Assembly (NCBI GenBank): GCA_018398765.1 | Contig: JAHBMJ010000506.1 | Location: forward strand, 1-45,947 | Reading direction: 5' to 3' | Origin: Chromera velia | Taxonomy: Eukaryota | DNA length: 45,947 bases | Shown: in pieces, positions 1 to 16,675 of the stretch | How the letters are laid out: each line of letters begins with the position of its first letter | Numbering within the stretch: the stretch's first letter is position 1 | Translations under genes and position numbers: made by a program | Notes under the pieces: model-generated | Told to the model about the DNA's origin: nothing | What the model saw: the letters and a program-made list of their open reading frames with translations, nothing else | Database searches by the model: none

Positions 1-3000
1 ACAACAGCTGCTGACCTGCGCACGCCACCCCCGACCCCGAGAAGCCCGTGTTGCACGCACAAGAGAACGACCCGCTGTTGTCGGTGCATGTGGCGTCTGC
101 GTGGCAGTCGTCGGCGGATGTACCGCACTCGTCAATGTCTGCATTCAAAAGACAACGTGGAGGAGTGAAGATCAGCGAGTGAGCGACGCGAAAGGGATGC
201 CTGGACCTTCGAAACACCTAATAGGAATTGCATCTTGATATCGTCGCGCCCCTTTCCCCACTGCAGATTGGAGAGAAATGCGAACGAACACCACTGCAGT
301 CGAACCGAAGGCGGCCAGGCCCCGCTCATTTCAAAGAAGACTGAACCGAACGGACAGAGAGAGAGAGAAGACCGGCATGTCCCCTCCATACTTTCGCGAA
401 GTGGTCAAGACAGCTGTGGTGAAGACGCACACCAGCTCGCAACTGAACAGAGATCTGACGATCGGAAAATCAGAAGAGGGAAAGTGGAATGAATGTGTAC
501 AGACTGTCGGAACTCCCACCACACAATGTCATGTGCGATACGAACTCCTCGGTTGCCAAAGATGCATGTGCCAAAGAGGCAAACATCACTTGACTGACTT
601 GCGCACGCCACCCCCGACCCCGAGAAGCCCGTGTTGCACGCACAAGAGAACGACCCGCTGTTGTCGGTGCATGTGGCGTCTGCGTGGCAGTCGTCGGCGG
701 ATGTGCCGCACTCGTCAATGTCTGCATCCAAAACGTGGACATGCAGGCAAGCGTGCAGGATGGTTGTGTTTCTTCACAATATGGATAAATTCCTTCATGC
801 AATAGAAAGTCGGTCACGCCTCTCGTAACGTCTCTATCATTCCTCAGATCGTCGAGGCAGTTTATGGATCAGCAAGCCACTTAAGTGGACGTTCCATGAA
901 ACAGCACGACGACCTCTTTATCCATGCAGTCATCTTTAGTGAGACACGCTCACAGGCGTCTCAGACCTCTCCAGCCAGTCACCGAAGGAATTCAGGCTTT
1001 TGCCCTTCTATACTCACTCACTCGTGCACGCCACTCCAGTGCCGCTCCAGCCGGCGTTGCACGAACATGAGAAGCTTCCGGCAGAGTTTCCGCACGCAGC
1101 ATTGCTGTTGCAGTCGTGTGACGCCGTGCCGCACTCGTCGATGTCTGCAGGCAAAAACACAACGTGACAATGGATCAAGGGGGCATTTTCCTTGTGCCTC
1201 AGTGGAAGCCAAACAGAACAGCTTCGCAAACAAAGAAACAAACAGAGACTTCTGTATGCCGACCAGCTGCTGACCTGCACACGCCACCCCCGACCCCGAG
1301 AAGCCCGTGTTGCACGCACAAGAGAACGACCCGCTGTTGTCGGTGCATGTGGCGTCTGCGTGGCAGTCATCGGCGGATGTACTGCACTCGTCAATGTCTG
1401 CAGACACAGGATGCAGAGCATTAAGATCGAAGACGAGTGTCAATCCTTGCTGACACAGTGTAGACGCATTGTAAGGTCGTGATGTGTACACAACCAACGA
1501 AATGCTTCTCTTCGAGAACGTCGGCTAGATTGGAATGATGACGGCGTTTGGGTCTGCGTCAATGGCAGCATAAGGCTTGCTTGCAACACGGGTGTCAGCC
1601 AGTGGATGTCGAGAATGTGTCGGTGAATGAGTCTGTCTTCGGGACTTTCTCATATTGGCAGATGAATGTGTGAAGCTCCTGGCCTTCCTTCCTTCATTGC
1701 GCAATCCGTTCTGAAAAGACTTTGTCCTATTCATTGATTTCAGAAGGTCAACATCCGGAAAGAGTTACCGCATAAAGCAATCTTACACATACTGGCAGAT
1801 GCGTTGCACCCCTGAAGGCTAGAATCCTTGAAGTGCCTTCTTTCCTTCCTTCCTTCCTTCCTTGCTTGCTTGCTTCCTTCAGGTGTGTGTGTGTGTGTGT
1901 GGGTTGTTTTCCTTCCAGAATCATGGCATGTGCATGCAGTGCCTGGCCGGCCGATCGAACTGACTGCTGCAAGAAACACCGTCTCCTGAGAAGCCTGAGT
2001 TGCAGCTGCAGGTGAATGACCCCACAGTATTCGTGCAGGTAGACTGGGCGTGACAGTTGTGCGAACCTCCAGTGCACTCGTCGGTATCTGCAAGAGGGTC
2101 TACTCCTGCAGACAGACAGACAGACAGACAGACAGACAGTCAGGCAGGCGGCAAAGGGGGACCAGTGCGTATCGACAGAAGATTGGTGCCTCCCCATCTT
2201 GGTTTGTTGTAGATAGGGAGTGACCCAATTCAGGCTGTCAGCGCTCATGCATGCATTCACGAGGTTTTCCTTGACTGACTCCGTCTGCGTGGACGTTGAA
2301 GAATGCTAACACTTTTTGCGACATTCTAAATATCTGCCGACACGGCGAGTTCCTGAATCTGGCTAAGCGCAGCTCCTTTAGGAGTGATACACGTACATTG
2401 ATGCTCGCAAATTGCTGTAACCCCAATCTGGTCTGGTGCTTCTCAGGCGACGGCGAAAAGACTCACCAGGCGTCTCCGCAAGTGAGGTTCTGTCCCCTCC
2501 GGAGAACCCCTGTTGGCCGTACGTGTTTTTCCCTGTGGAGACCAGGTCTCCGTCCGATCGGATCACCCACAGGTTGTCTACCCCGGCGACAATCTGTGTG
2601 CAAAAATCATTGGACCAAATATGCACGTGTGTTATGTGGACATGACATTGTCTCCAATAAAAAAAGTCTGGCGAATGGTGCGAGGACAAAAACAGAGACC
2701 CCAAACGCAGAAAATTGCATTGCATGAATGGGCGCTCCATGTCGGTCATGCGAATCAGCACAGCCATGTAAGAATGTTTAAAACGAAAGCAGAAATTGCC
2801 TGTAAGTCGATAAGAATCACAGGAAAGAGGTTCGAAAAGGCAGACATACAAAACGAACATCACGACGCTCTTCTGTCAGAGGTGAGAAGAACGACGCGCA
2901 CTCTCACAGGGACCTCCAATTGATGAAGTCCCGCAACTCTCATTCATCCTCAACACATCAAGACCTTCCAATTGATCGAAGCAGGGTGGCTGCTCGTCTG

Positions 3001-3956
3001 TCTGTCCGCCAGGGCTTCGCGCCACCTAACCGGCCAACCTTGGTTGCAGTAACTCCTGAGATGGTGGTGGGCACGTTGACGTCTGCCGTGTTTCCGTGTC
3101 CGAGTTGACCCTCCGATCCCCGTCCCCAACTTTGTACGCTGCCGTCAGTGAGGAGAATCGCGTTCCAGGATCCTCCTGCGTTACATGCATGGTTGCATGC
3201 GTTGAATCAGATGACATGCGTACGTGTATGGGACACCATAAGTTGAAGGTGAGGTCAACCGACCGACTCTGTCCGTGTGCATCGGAGCGATCGATGACTA
3301 GTTGTCAACCTCTGAAGCTGTTTGTCAATAAAGCAAAACCGGAAGATTCTCAATCATAGGATCTGCTTCTTTTCATGTTTTGTGATTCATGCCGATTTCT
3401 GCGTGAAGGCGATATTTCCCATCGATGGTTTCACCGGAATTGACAGTGCGCAAGAATGCATTCAGCCCGCCTACGCGGGACCGAGCTAAAAAAAGACAAT
3501 CAATCGAGGGCCTCACTGGCACCAAGCCTTGCATGGGGTCTCAAAGCGGCTGGCTGACTTGTGGTAATCGCATCCACTGAGCCTCCCACGACTTCAACAA
3601 AGTTCAGTTCCCACCCCCCTCCCCCCCCAAGTCCCAGGGAACCATAGCTGCAGGCAGGCAGGCAGGCAGCACGGACGCACGCAGATACACGTAAGTATAT
3701 GAGCACACTAGCAGGCCGAGAATCAGAGATCTGAGGACGCACATAAGCCACCGCAGAATTCGTGAGAAAAAGAAAGAAGCAGAAGGACACCCACACACAC
3801 ATCACAATTAGCGACCGTTGCGCACTCGCATGCGCACGCGCGAACAAGCACCCGACCGCAATATGTGCAGCAGTCCGTTTCCCACCGTTCACTACTGACT
3901 GACTGACTGATTGACTGACCGACTGACTAACTCACTTACTCACTGACTGACTGACT

Positions 3957-3997
<41 letters not shown>

Positions 3998-5324
3998 ACG
4001 GACGGACGGACGGACGGACGGACGGACTGACTGACTGACTGACTCACTTACTCACTGACTGACTGACTGACTGACTGACTGACTCACTTACTCACTGACT
4101 GACTGACTGACGGACGGACTGACTGACTGACTGACTGACTGACTGACTCACTTACTCACTGACTGACTGACTGACTGACTGACTAACTGACTGACTGACT
4201 GACAGACTGACTCACTTACTCACTGACTGACTGACTGACTGACTGACCCACTTCCTCACTGACTGACTGACTGACTGACTAACTAACTAACTGACTGACT
4301 GACTGACTGACTGACTTGTCCTCTCCAGTGACGAAAACCTTCCCGGAGTTCGTCAAGGCGACGCTATGGTCCCTCCCTGCAGCTGCTTGTTTGATTGTCT
4401 CCCCAGCAATAGTCACCTGCACAGAGGGGACAGAGGGGATGAAGCAAGAGGGAGACGGCATGTAGGTTTGGCAAAATGCAAGATGAAACCAACTACCGAT
4501 ACGCACAAGCTCCGATGTGCCAGGGCGGGCGCACAAGATCTTTGAATGGAAGCGGCACATGCAGTGAGACGACTCTGAGTTTGAACTCTAGAGAAAACGC
4601 CGGCCCTTATTCAGACGGATCGAGTCTAGAGAGGAGGAATAAGGAGAAAACCGAACTCTTAATTGTCCATGTGAGCCCCCCCCCCTTTACCCCGCCCTGT
4701 CGGATGCTTCTCGAATGCCTTAGACTCTAGGACGCATGACCAAGCGTGATTTCACGAAATGAACAAGATAGACACATCCCCCCCNNNNNNNGGGGGGATT
4801 TGCTGGTCGTGGTCTACCTACTTGTTCGTGGGTCTTTTTGCATTTTTTGCGGGTCTTCAGGAGAAGTGTCAGACACCAGACAGCAGAAGCGGACGGACGA
4901 AATACCCACAAGTACCCGAGCAGAGAAGAAGAATATGCAGGATGGGCGGGCGGGCGGGCGGGTGACAATTGTATGCTTGCGGCTGTTCTTTGGGATGAGG
5001 GAAGGAAAGGGCAGAAGACAAAGAACGTCGAGGGCGGAGCATGTGTAGTGTGATTGCGACTTTCTCCCTTCCCTTCGCCGACGTACCAAGTTGTCCTGCA
5101 GGCAGAGGATGGGCAGCAAACACGCAAGCAGAAGAAAAGGAATGCACCATCACGTACTCAAATGCATGGCTGCTCTGGCTTTGTCGTAGTCTTGCCACGT
5201 GTTCACTTGCTTGGGTCCACAAACGCATGAAGGGAGCTGTTCGAGCCCCTCACCTTGCTCCTTGTCGGCCATTCACACAGTAATTTTCCAAGAAGACTCG
5301 CCGACATGCCACAGACACACGCAT

Positions 5325-5364
<40 letters not shown>

Positions 5365-6342
5365 GGGAGAAGAGCGAGAGAGACCGCGAGATAGGACAGG
5401 AGCGAATAGAGACGTGTCCGGAAAATTCCGAAGGGGAAGGCAAGAGCGCTACCGAAAAACACAGGCTGTATTTGTCTCTCAGCAAGTGAGTGCCTGCCAG
5501 AGAAAGAAAGGAACGAAGAGTGCAAAGAGACACTCCATAGATCGAGGACACGCTGGCTGAGGCCTCCCTCTGTCAATAATTTGCTTGCTGACCGTCATCG
5601 TTCCTGCCAAAGCTCCAAACACTCCCCCCAGAGGTCCACGCGAGCGTATGGAATGCCCCACAAGACACACCCACCACCGAGGTCAACCCTGCCGCGGTCT
5701 CAGGTGTGTCTCTGTTGGTGGTGTCCCCCAGCCCGAGCTGTCCTCTGTCGTTTACTCCGAAGCTTACCTGAAGCGAAAGTGTAAAATGGGTCAAAAAATC
5801 CTACAGAGGGGATAGAAAACGGAAATAAGAACCCCTTGGCGCAGAAACCAAAGACATCTACATGCAAGAAAGGCGCCGACTCACCACTGTCCCATCCGTC
5901 TTCACAAAAACGCTATGGTCATCCGTGCAACCAGCCTTCACCTTTCCTGCACCGCCCACGAAAGTGAACGAAGAACGGTCTGTTGTGTCCCCAAGCCCAA
6001 GTTGCCCCCACTGGTTGTATCCAGTAGTGTAACTGCAAACAGATACGTCAAGATGCCAAGGAGCATGTCAAAGAACGGTCAGGCACTTCGACGAATGCAT
6101 GCACATGTTCAGACAGACGCATCAGTTCCCTTTCTTCCCAGAGCTTGCAGATGCCCGATAGCACTCTAAACGCATTCACCCCAAGATTAACACGTCACTG
6201 TAGGTACTCACAGTTCGTCATTTGCATCGATGAGGCCAGTGTGGGAGTACCCAGGAATGATGTCCTTCACCTGTATCGCCTGAGACGCCGCTTGCCGCCC
6301 GAGCAGCAGCACGAGCAACAAGCGAAAAAGGAACTTGAACAT
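1..6342 (-). CDS. Secreted/surface protein: signal peptide + RCC1 (beta-propeller) repeats + tandem calcium-binding EGF domains; multi-exon, runs off the left edge of the window
   Basis: ATG at 6342 gives [22 protein letters not shown] (hydrophobic signal peptide). GT-AG exons carry RCC1 motifs: 6032-5885 [19 protein letters not shown], 5767-5593 [27 protein letters not shown], ~4416-4317 [21 protein letters not shown], ~3647-3559, ~3176-3044 [17 protein letters not shown], ~2593-2467. cbEGF exons (D.DEC...C...A.C.N..GSF.C.CN.GF.G.G..C) lie at 2105-1965, 1397-1275, 1144-1022, 721-599 and 138-16. One RCC1 segment was not found and may lie in the N gap at 4785-4791. Confidence 0.85.
3893..4316. 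repeat. Compound tetranucleotide microsatellite (GACT/GACG)n with interspersed CTCACTTACTCA units; intronic
   Basis: Directly visible. It starts exactly at the 5' splice site (minus-strand AA|GTCAGTCAGT) of an RCC1 exon. Confidence 0.95.
4785..4791. other. Assembly gap (7 N) flanked by inverted ATCCCCCC/GGGGGGAT
   Basis: N run in the sequence. A single N also occurs at 21553. Confidence 0.95.
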
Positions 6343-7100
6343 GAGAATTACGTGCAGAGTCTGTAGTGTCATTTGACTCAGTTACTACTCAGCACCATGT
6401 CGCGATGTGCAAAGTCCCTCTTAATTATCCCCGCGCTTATATATCCCTCGATCCTTCCTTAACTCTCCGTGAACGCATGTAAAGTGCCCCTGCATGCCTG
6501 CATGGACCCATCGACCCATGCATGGGTGAGACGTCGCGGATCTCCATCGTACATAGCCATCGCGTAGCGTGGCCGGGCCTTCCATGCAGGGATAGGTGTT
6601 AGGTCGGCGGTGGTTATCCCTTCCCCTATGCATAGTTTGTCTCACGACCCATCGTCCCTTGAGAAGGTACGCTTTTTTGCATAGGAAAAACTGCTACATC
6701 TAGTGAACTAACTGTTATTGGTAAGGTTTAGGGTAAGGCTGATGTGGAGGGTAACTAGGGTTACTACTACTAAGGGTCTTTTATCCTCGTTCATCCTTTT
6801 CATGATCCTGAACGCTTTTCCATTCAAAAACGAAAAAAAAATTATTATGATACAATACATGCCGCTAACAGTATTTAATGATTCTAATGCTAGTTGTCAC
6901 GGTTTAATACATTACCCCCCTGTCTTTCCTAAAATATGATGAATAGTATCAATTATAATATATCTATGTAAAAAATAGAATTAACATGTATTTAGATCTT
7001 TTTCTACCACTACCAGCACTCGCACTTATCAATCTAAGGTACCTTATTTTTTACTATACTTTTCTTAAAGTTTTAATTGCAGTATGAATTCACTTTCTTC

Positions 7101-7347
7101 CTATGCGTGATCCCAATAGTTTTAAATTTTTAAATAAAATGATGACATTCCCACTTTAACTGTAAACTTTAAAATTTTCCTTTTAAACACTTTAAAAGTA
7201 CTCTGTAAAGAACGCTAGAAAAGTGATGTTTTCTTTCAGTTCTAGTCCCAACTTTTTTTCTTTAAGTGTTTTAACGTTTTAAATGATTTATTTAAAGTGA
7301 AATCATTGTCACTTTAATCTAAATAAATATATTGGGATCACGCCTAG
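7101..7347. mobile_element. MITE (non-autonomous DNA transposon), 247 bp, 18-bp TIRs, 8-bp TSD
   Basis: Left end CTATGCGTGATCCCAATA and right end TATTGGGATCACGCCTAG match 17/18 as an inverted repeat. CTTTCTTC occurs directly on both sides (7093-7100 and 7348-7355). The interior is AT-rich, non-coding and partly palindromic. Confidence 0.85.
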
Positions 7348-8945
7348 CTTTCTTCAGCAATTTATCTTTCTACCCTATATATAGCAATAGTTTATAAATA
7401 ACATTGTATATTTTTAGTAGCATTTATCGGTGTGCAAACAATGCTCCAAAATCACCGAAAATATGCATCAAACGGACCGCATTCAAATTTTATAACTATC
7501 AAATCAAAAATTGAAATGCTCCTTCAGCCCCGGCTTATTTCGGTGCATGAAGCACTGCTTTTAGGCACGCACAATCTTTCCGTTAATTTTTCAACTTAGC
7601 GCAATTATACCTTCATGATCACGCGCCACTTCTCATCTTTCATTTCCTCCGACCATCACATTCCTTGGTACAGCATTGCCTTCCCCGCCCCACCCCTCAC
7701 CCCTGCGGACCCCTGCACCCTTGTTTGCTGCTCCTTTCTTTCCGCCCACTGTAGGTCGAGAGGGAAAGAAGTAACAGCCGGCACAGAAAGAAAGAAAGAA
7801 AGAAGACTACAGGAAATAAATAAGTGCAAAGCGGGCTTTCGAGCCCATTGTCAACCGATCGACGCAAATGAAAGGCCCTTTGCCTTTTTTTCTTTTTTTC
7901 TCAGTCCGAGGTATGTGCACCCTGACCAACGCTCTTGTGATGTTTTCCGCCTAAGAAATAGGCTGGCAATGGTGATGGTGAAATCAAGGTGGCAACGACG
8001 GACACTGAATTAATTCATTTTGTTTGTTTGTTTATTGTGGCGATGATTGTGGAAAGTTGTGCCGTGAAGGCAAGCGGGCAGATGAGGAGGCGGGTACGTT
8101 GAGAGAAGCCAAAGGGTAAAAAAGGTCCGTCGGTCAATTACACGGCGGCAGACAACCTGCAACTGAGGTCGATTTCCTCTTCGCTCTTCCTTACTCTGAT
8201 CAATCTAACTTGAGAAAGAAGGATGGGTGGGGTGGGTGAACTGCCTCCCCTTTTCATCCACAGTTGCGTAGAAGGAAGACAAAGAAAGATGCGAGGAGAG
8301 AAAAATGCAGCACCCAGCATGATGAAAGGAGGCGTGGGAGGTCTGACGGACATGCATTGAGAGAAATAAGGTGAAGGAAGACACATTTGAGGAGAAAGGC
8401 CATGCAGCCAAGACAGAGAGTCGACGCACGCATCTGCCGAGTCGAGTCTAAAGACTGAAGCTTGACGGAGAGTCGGTCAGTCAATTAATCGGACAGGAAG
8501 GAAGACGAACATACAAATCTTTTCCGGTCAGTTTGGTTGAATGCATGCATTATTGTGCTAATTAGATAAATGCGGGGATGAATGAGCGAAAGGATAAACA
8601 GACATTGAAAGAAGGAAAACGTCTGAGCAGAGGAGGGAATGCCCATCCATCCATCCACCTTAATTCCACGAAAGGAGAGGTTGACAAAAAAGAGACCAAC
8701 GGCCTCAGCCCCCCTCCCCCATTCATACCCTCCCTGGCACCCCCTCTCCCACCCACCCAACCACCGACCCACTCGACTTGCAGTCAAGCAATCGAGAACC
8801 AATAAAATGCACGAGCCTCTTCCCTCCCCTGCCTGTATGCCTTCCAACGCTGTCACTCCTTCCACCCCAGCCCTCATTGGTTCCTCCCATCCACCCGCCC
8901 GTTCCCTCCTTCATTCCCCTGTGCCGCTCGCCCTCCATCTTCACT

Positions 8946-13239
<4,294 letters not shown>

Positions 13240-13888
13240 CTTGTTCACTGCTTGGAATTTCTTCTCCTCTCCTGGATGGGAGTCAGATCGAGAAGAGAAG
13301 TTATTGGGGAGAAGGTTAATCGGCTAGGTGCGAACAACGGAAAGCGTTCTTTCCTGCTCGCAAGAATTTTTTCTTTCCTGCTCGCAGTAAGCCGTTGCAG
13401 CTTTTGTTGACCCTGGCTTACTCTCAAACAGCAAGGAGCGGAACAGATTTTTAAATTACCGTCCGATCAGCTCTCGAGCATGCTCTTCCCCCATCACTTA
13501 ACTTCCTTCCTGGACTATCCATGGACTATCCTCAATTGACATTTAATTGACTGATGGTACATCGCTTATGAGGCTGCTACCGAGTCCCCGGGCATGCCGG
13601 GGCCGCCACCTTTGGGCCGGGTCCGCGGGGTCCAACCAACATCTTCCGTCTCCTCCAGACCTCCAGCTAGCTGTCAGATTCGACTTCTGTACTCAGTGCA
13701 CTGTATATACACGGTGTACTATATACACCCAATGTGACATACGCTGCACAGAGTGGACCCACTATCAGGCATGGTGTTAAGGCGAGGCTGTGTTGGCGTG
13801 GCATGAATTTGTTGGGAAGGGCGCAGTATTGCAGATTGACAGGTTCGCAGCTTCTTACCCCGTGTTCCGCAAGCTGTTCAGAAGAGAG
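13240..13888. promoter_or_regulatory. Short divergent intergenic region (candidate bidirectional promoter plus 5' UTRs)
   Basis: Only ~650 bp separate the head-to-head start codons at 13239 (-) and 13889 (+). Confidence 0.45.
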
Positions 13889-15331
13889 ATGGCGGAAAGG
13901 CAAGGTGCACCCAGGCTTTCCGCTGTTATTTTCTTTCTCTGTTTGGTTGTCTCGCGGGCGTTCAACCCCTCTTCTTTTCTGCGGGGATCTTCACCCTCAT
14001 CATCGTCTCTTGTGCCGTCTCCCTGTTTGCCTCCGTCGACAAGACATGAAAGTCTCTTGAATCGCGTCGCTGGGGATGCAAGGGATGGTGCGGGAGTGGT
14101 GAAGCAAGGGCAAGTAGCAAGGAGACGGAGGGGGGCGTCTTTGTTGATGCAAGTGAAGGTGAAGGCTCAGGGACAGGGGGGAGGGGGAATTCTTCTGAGC
14201 GTGTGCGCATACGGTCCAGACTGCTGCCAGTGAGTAGCTACACCCGCGCACATTGCAGACCCTCTCTGTGCGCTCCTGAGTGACTCGTTTGTTGCTTTCA
14301 GGAAAGTGCTGAGATGCGTCGATATCATGCACAGGCTTCATTTGTGTCATGGTATCCTCTCCCGTTCGTGGCCACCCCTCACTCAGCCCGTCTCCCCTCC
14401 ACCGCCTCTCCATGTCCTCTCATTTCCCATCCCCATTTGATATTCTGCTGTGACACACAAACACATCGTGTGTAGTTCACAAAGGTAAAGAATGCATTGT
14501 GTTTGTGTGCAGTACTTGAGAAATATAGTACTTTCCTCTCGATTTCGCATTCTCCTCACCTTCCGCCCTCCCGTGGACCTTCCATGATTTCTCTCTACCG
14601 TATGCGCCTGTATGTCCGTGGCGGTCCCAGATTCGCCATCTGTCTCCCTACCCTCTTTTTCTGAGAGGCCGTTACCTCCTTCCGGGGACGTATTCGTTCG
14701 TTCTTCTTAGGTTGATTAAGTCGATGACTGAATGGCTGATTGACTGCGTCTGATGGGTCTGGCAGATGCATGGTTGGGAAAAAAGACGTGTTGCTTCCTG
14801 TGTGGATATGGGTAACGGTGCAAATTTGCAAATAACCACAGATTTCGGTGAGCATATTGCTGTTCGCAGTGACTGTACACAGTCGAAGAGGACCACACAC
14901 CAAGGTGTCAAGCAAATATAAATACTACTTTGTTTCGCTTTGTAATTTACACGTACCTCGTAGACCCTGAGCTTTTGTTCGGGAACGCGAAGCCTGTCGC
15001 AGATGTCTCATGTGTCGATGTATCAGTCAGTGTGTCTGTATTGGTGTGTCTTTATGCATAGGGTGTGGGCGTGTGCGGGGTGTCAAAACGTGCGCTTTGA
15101 TGTTTGAATGCGCATGCCGCAGACGCGTCGAGAAGTCGCTGGGAGGCCCCGACGTTCTACTGGAGAATGCGAAGGCCATCGCCGAGAGCGTACCTGGTGT
15201 GACGGTGAAGGGGTGCGCGTGTCTTGGGCAGTGCGAAAAAGGTCCCAACCTTTCTGTGAAGCTTGCCGGGACGCTGAAGAAGGAAGTGGTGAACGCGGTC
15301 ATCGAACCTGAACAGGTCGGAGGAAGATGGG

Positions 15332-15389
<58 letters not shown>

Positions 15390-15715
15390 AACAGGCAGAC
15401 ACAAACACAAACACAAACGCACGAACACTTGTTGCACCGCCAAACGAAGTTGAGTGAAAAGAAAGCACACATAGCGTTTTTCCCCCTTGAAAAACAGCTC
15501 CCGTGCATGTGCGCATTGTAGACTGTAGCGAGGGGTGTGCATGCCGCACAATGGGCTTGTAGGGGCATCGGGGTGTGGGGAGATTTTTGGAATTCAATTG
15601 CACGCAAGCAAGCAGGCGACATCGATCCCGAATGGCATGGGGATGTTTCCAGTGGCCATGGCGGGATCTTTCGTTCTTATTCTTCCCTTCTTCCTCTTTC
15701 TTTCTTACTCTTTTT

Positions 15716-15747
<32 letters not shown>

Positions 15748-16625
15748 TCGGTCTTGCGGTCTTGCGGTCTTGCGTCCTTTCTTTCTTTTCTTTCTTTCTT
15801 TCTTTCTTTCTTTCTTATTCTTTTTTTTTCTTCCTTTCTTTTGGTTTCTTGTTTGTCTCCTGTTTCTTTATGTTTTTCGTTCATCGTGCCCGCCCACTTT
15901 GTTTGATGTGTTTGTGATCTGTTTTCGTCCCTTCCAAGTCGAATTGATCCTGGAATGAATACACAGCGGCCGCAGGCACACAGACAGCAAAAATGCTAGC
16001 AAAAAAGGGGCTCTATGCTGGGCCCTACTCTCACCTTTGCGTCGAACGATGCAGGCGAGAGAGAAAGCTGAAGATCCTGCAATGATGCCTAAGAACGAAG
16101 GAACCACTGAATCTTTCAGTCTACCACTTCGCTCTCCCATCTCTCCCATCCCTGCCAAACTTCTTCGCGCAGGTTGCAAACATCCTTGTGAGAAGGTGTG
16201 AGAAAGCGGTCGACAAGGATGTCGTGAGGGCAGTCAGACTGAAGACGGACGCAGGAGTTTTGTGGAAACGGGGGGACGAGAAAAGTCTAAAGGAGTCGGA
16301 GGGAAAGCTGACCGAGGCTCTGAGTATCCTAGAGAAGAAAGACGGCAAGAGGGCCAAGGCGCAGGTCTATGCCAACAGGGCGGGGGTGAGGATGGGGCTG
16401 GGGAATCTGGAGGGCGCAGAGGAGGATATCAACGCAAGTTTTTCCCAGGTGGGCCGGGGGGTTCGATGCATGGTGTTCAGGGACAAAGGAAGAGAGTATG
16501 AGGAAGGAAAGAAGGAAGAAAGGAATGGACGGGAAGGAAAGGAAAGGAAAGGAAAGGGAAGGGAAGGGAAGGAAGGAAGGAAGGAAGGAAGAAGACAGAA
16601 AGAAACCAAGGGACGGAGGGACACA

Positions 16626-16675
<50 letters not shown>

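Noticed and set aside
6720..6780. Telomere-like TTTAGGG/TAGGGTT words
   Set aside because: Only 2-3 degenerate units; not a real array.
7600..8940. Several short ORFs downstream of PKA
   Set aside because: No domain similarity or coherent exon chain; likely 3' UTR/intergenic.
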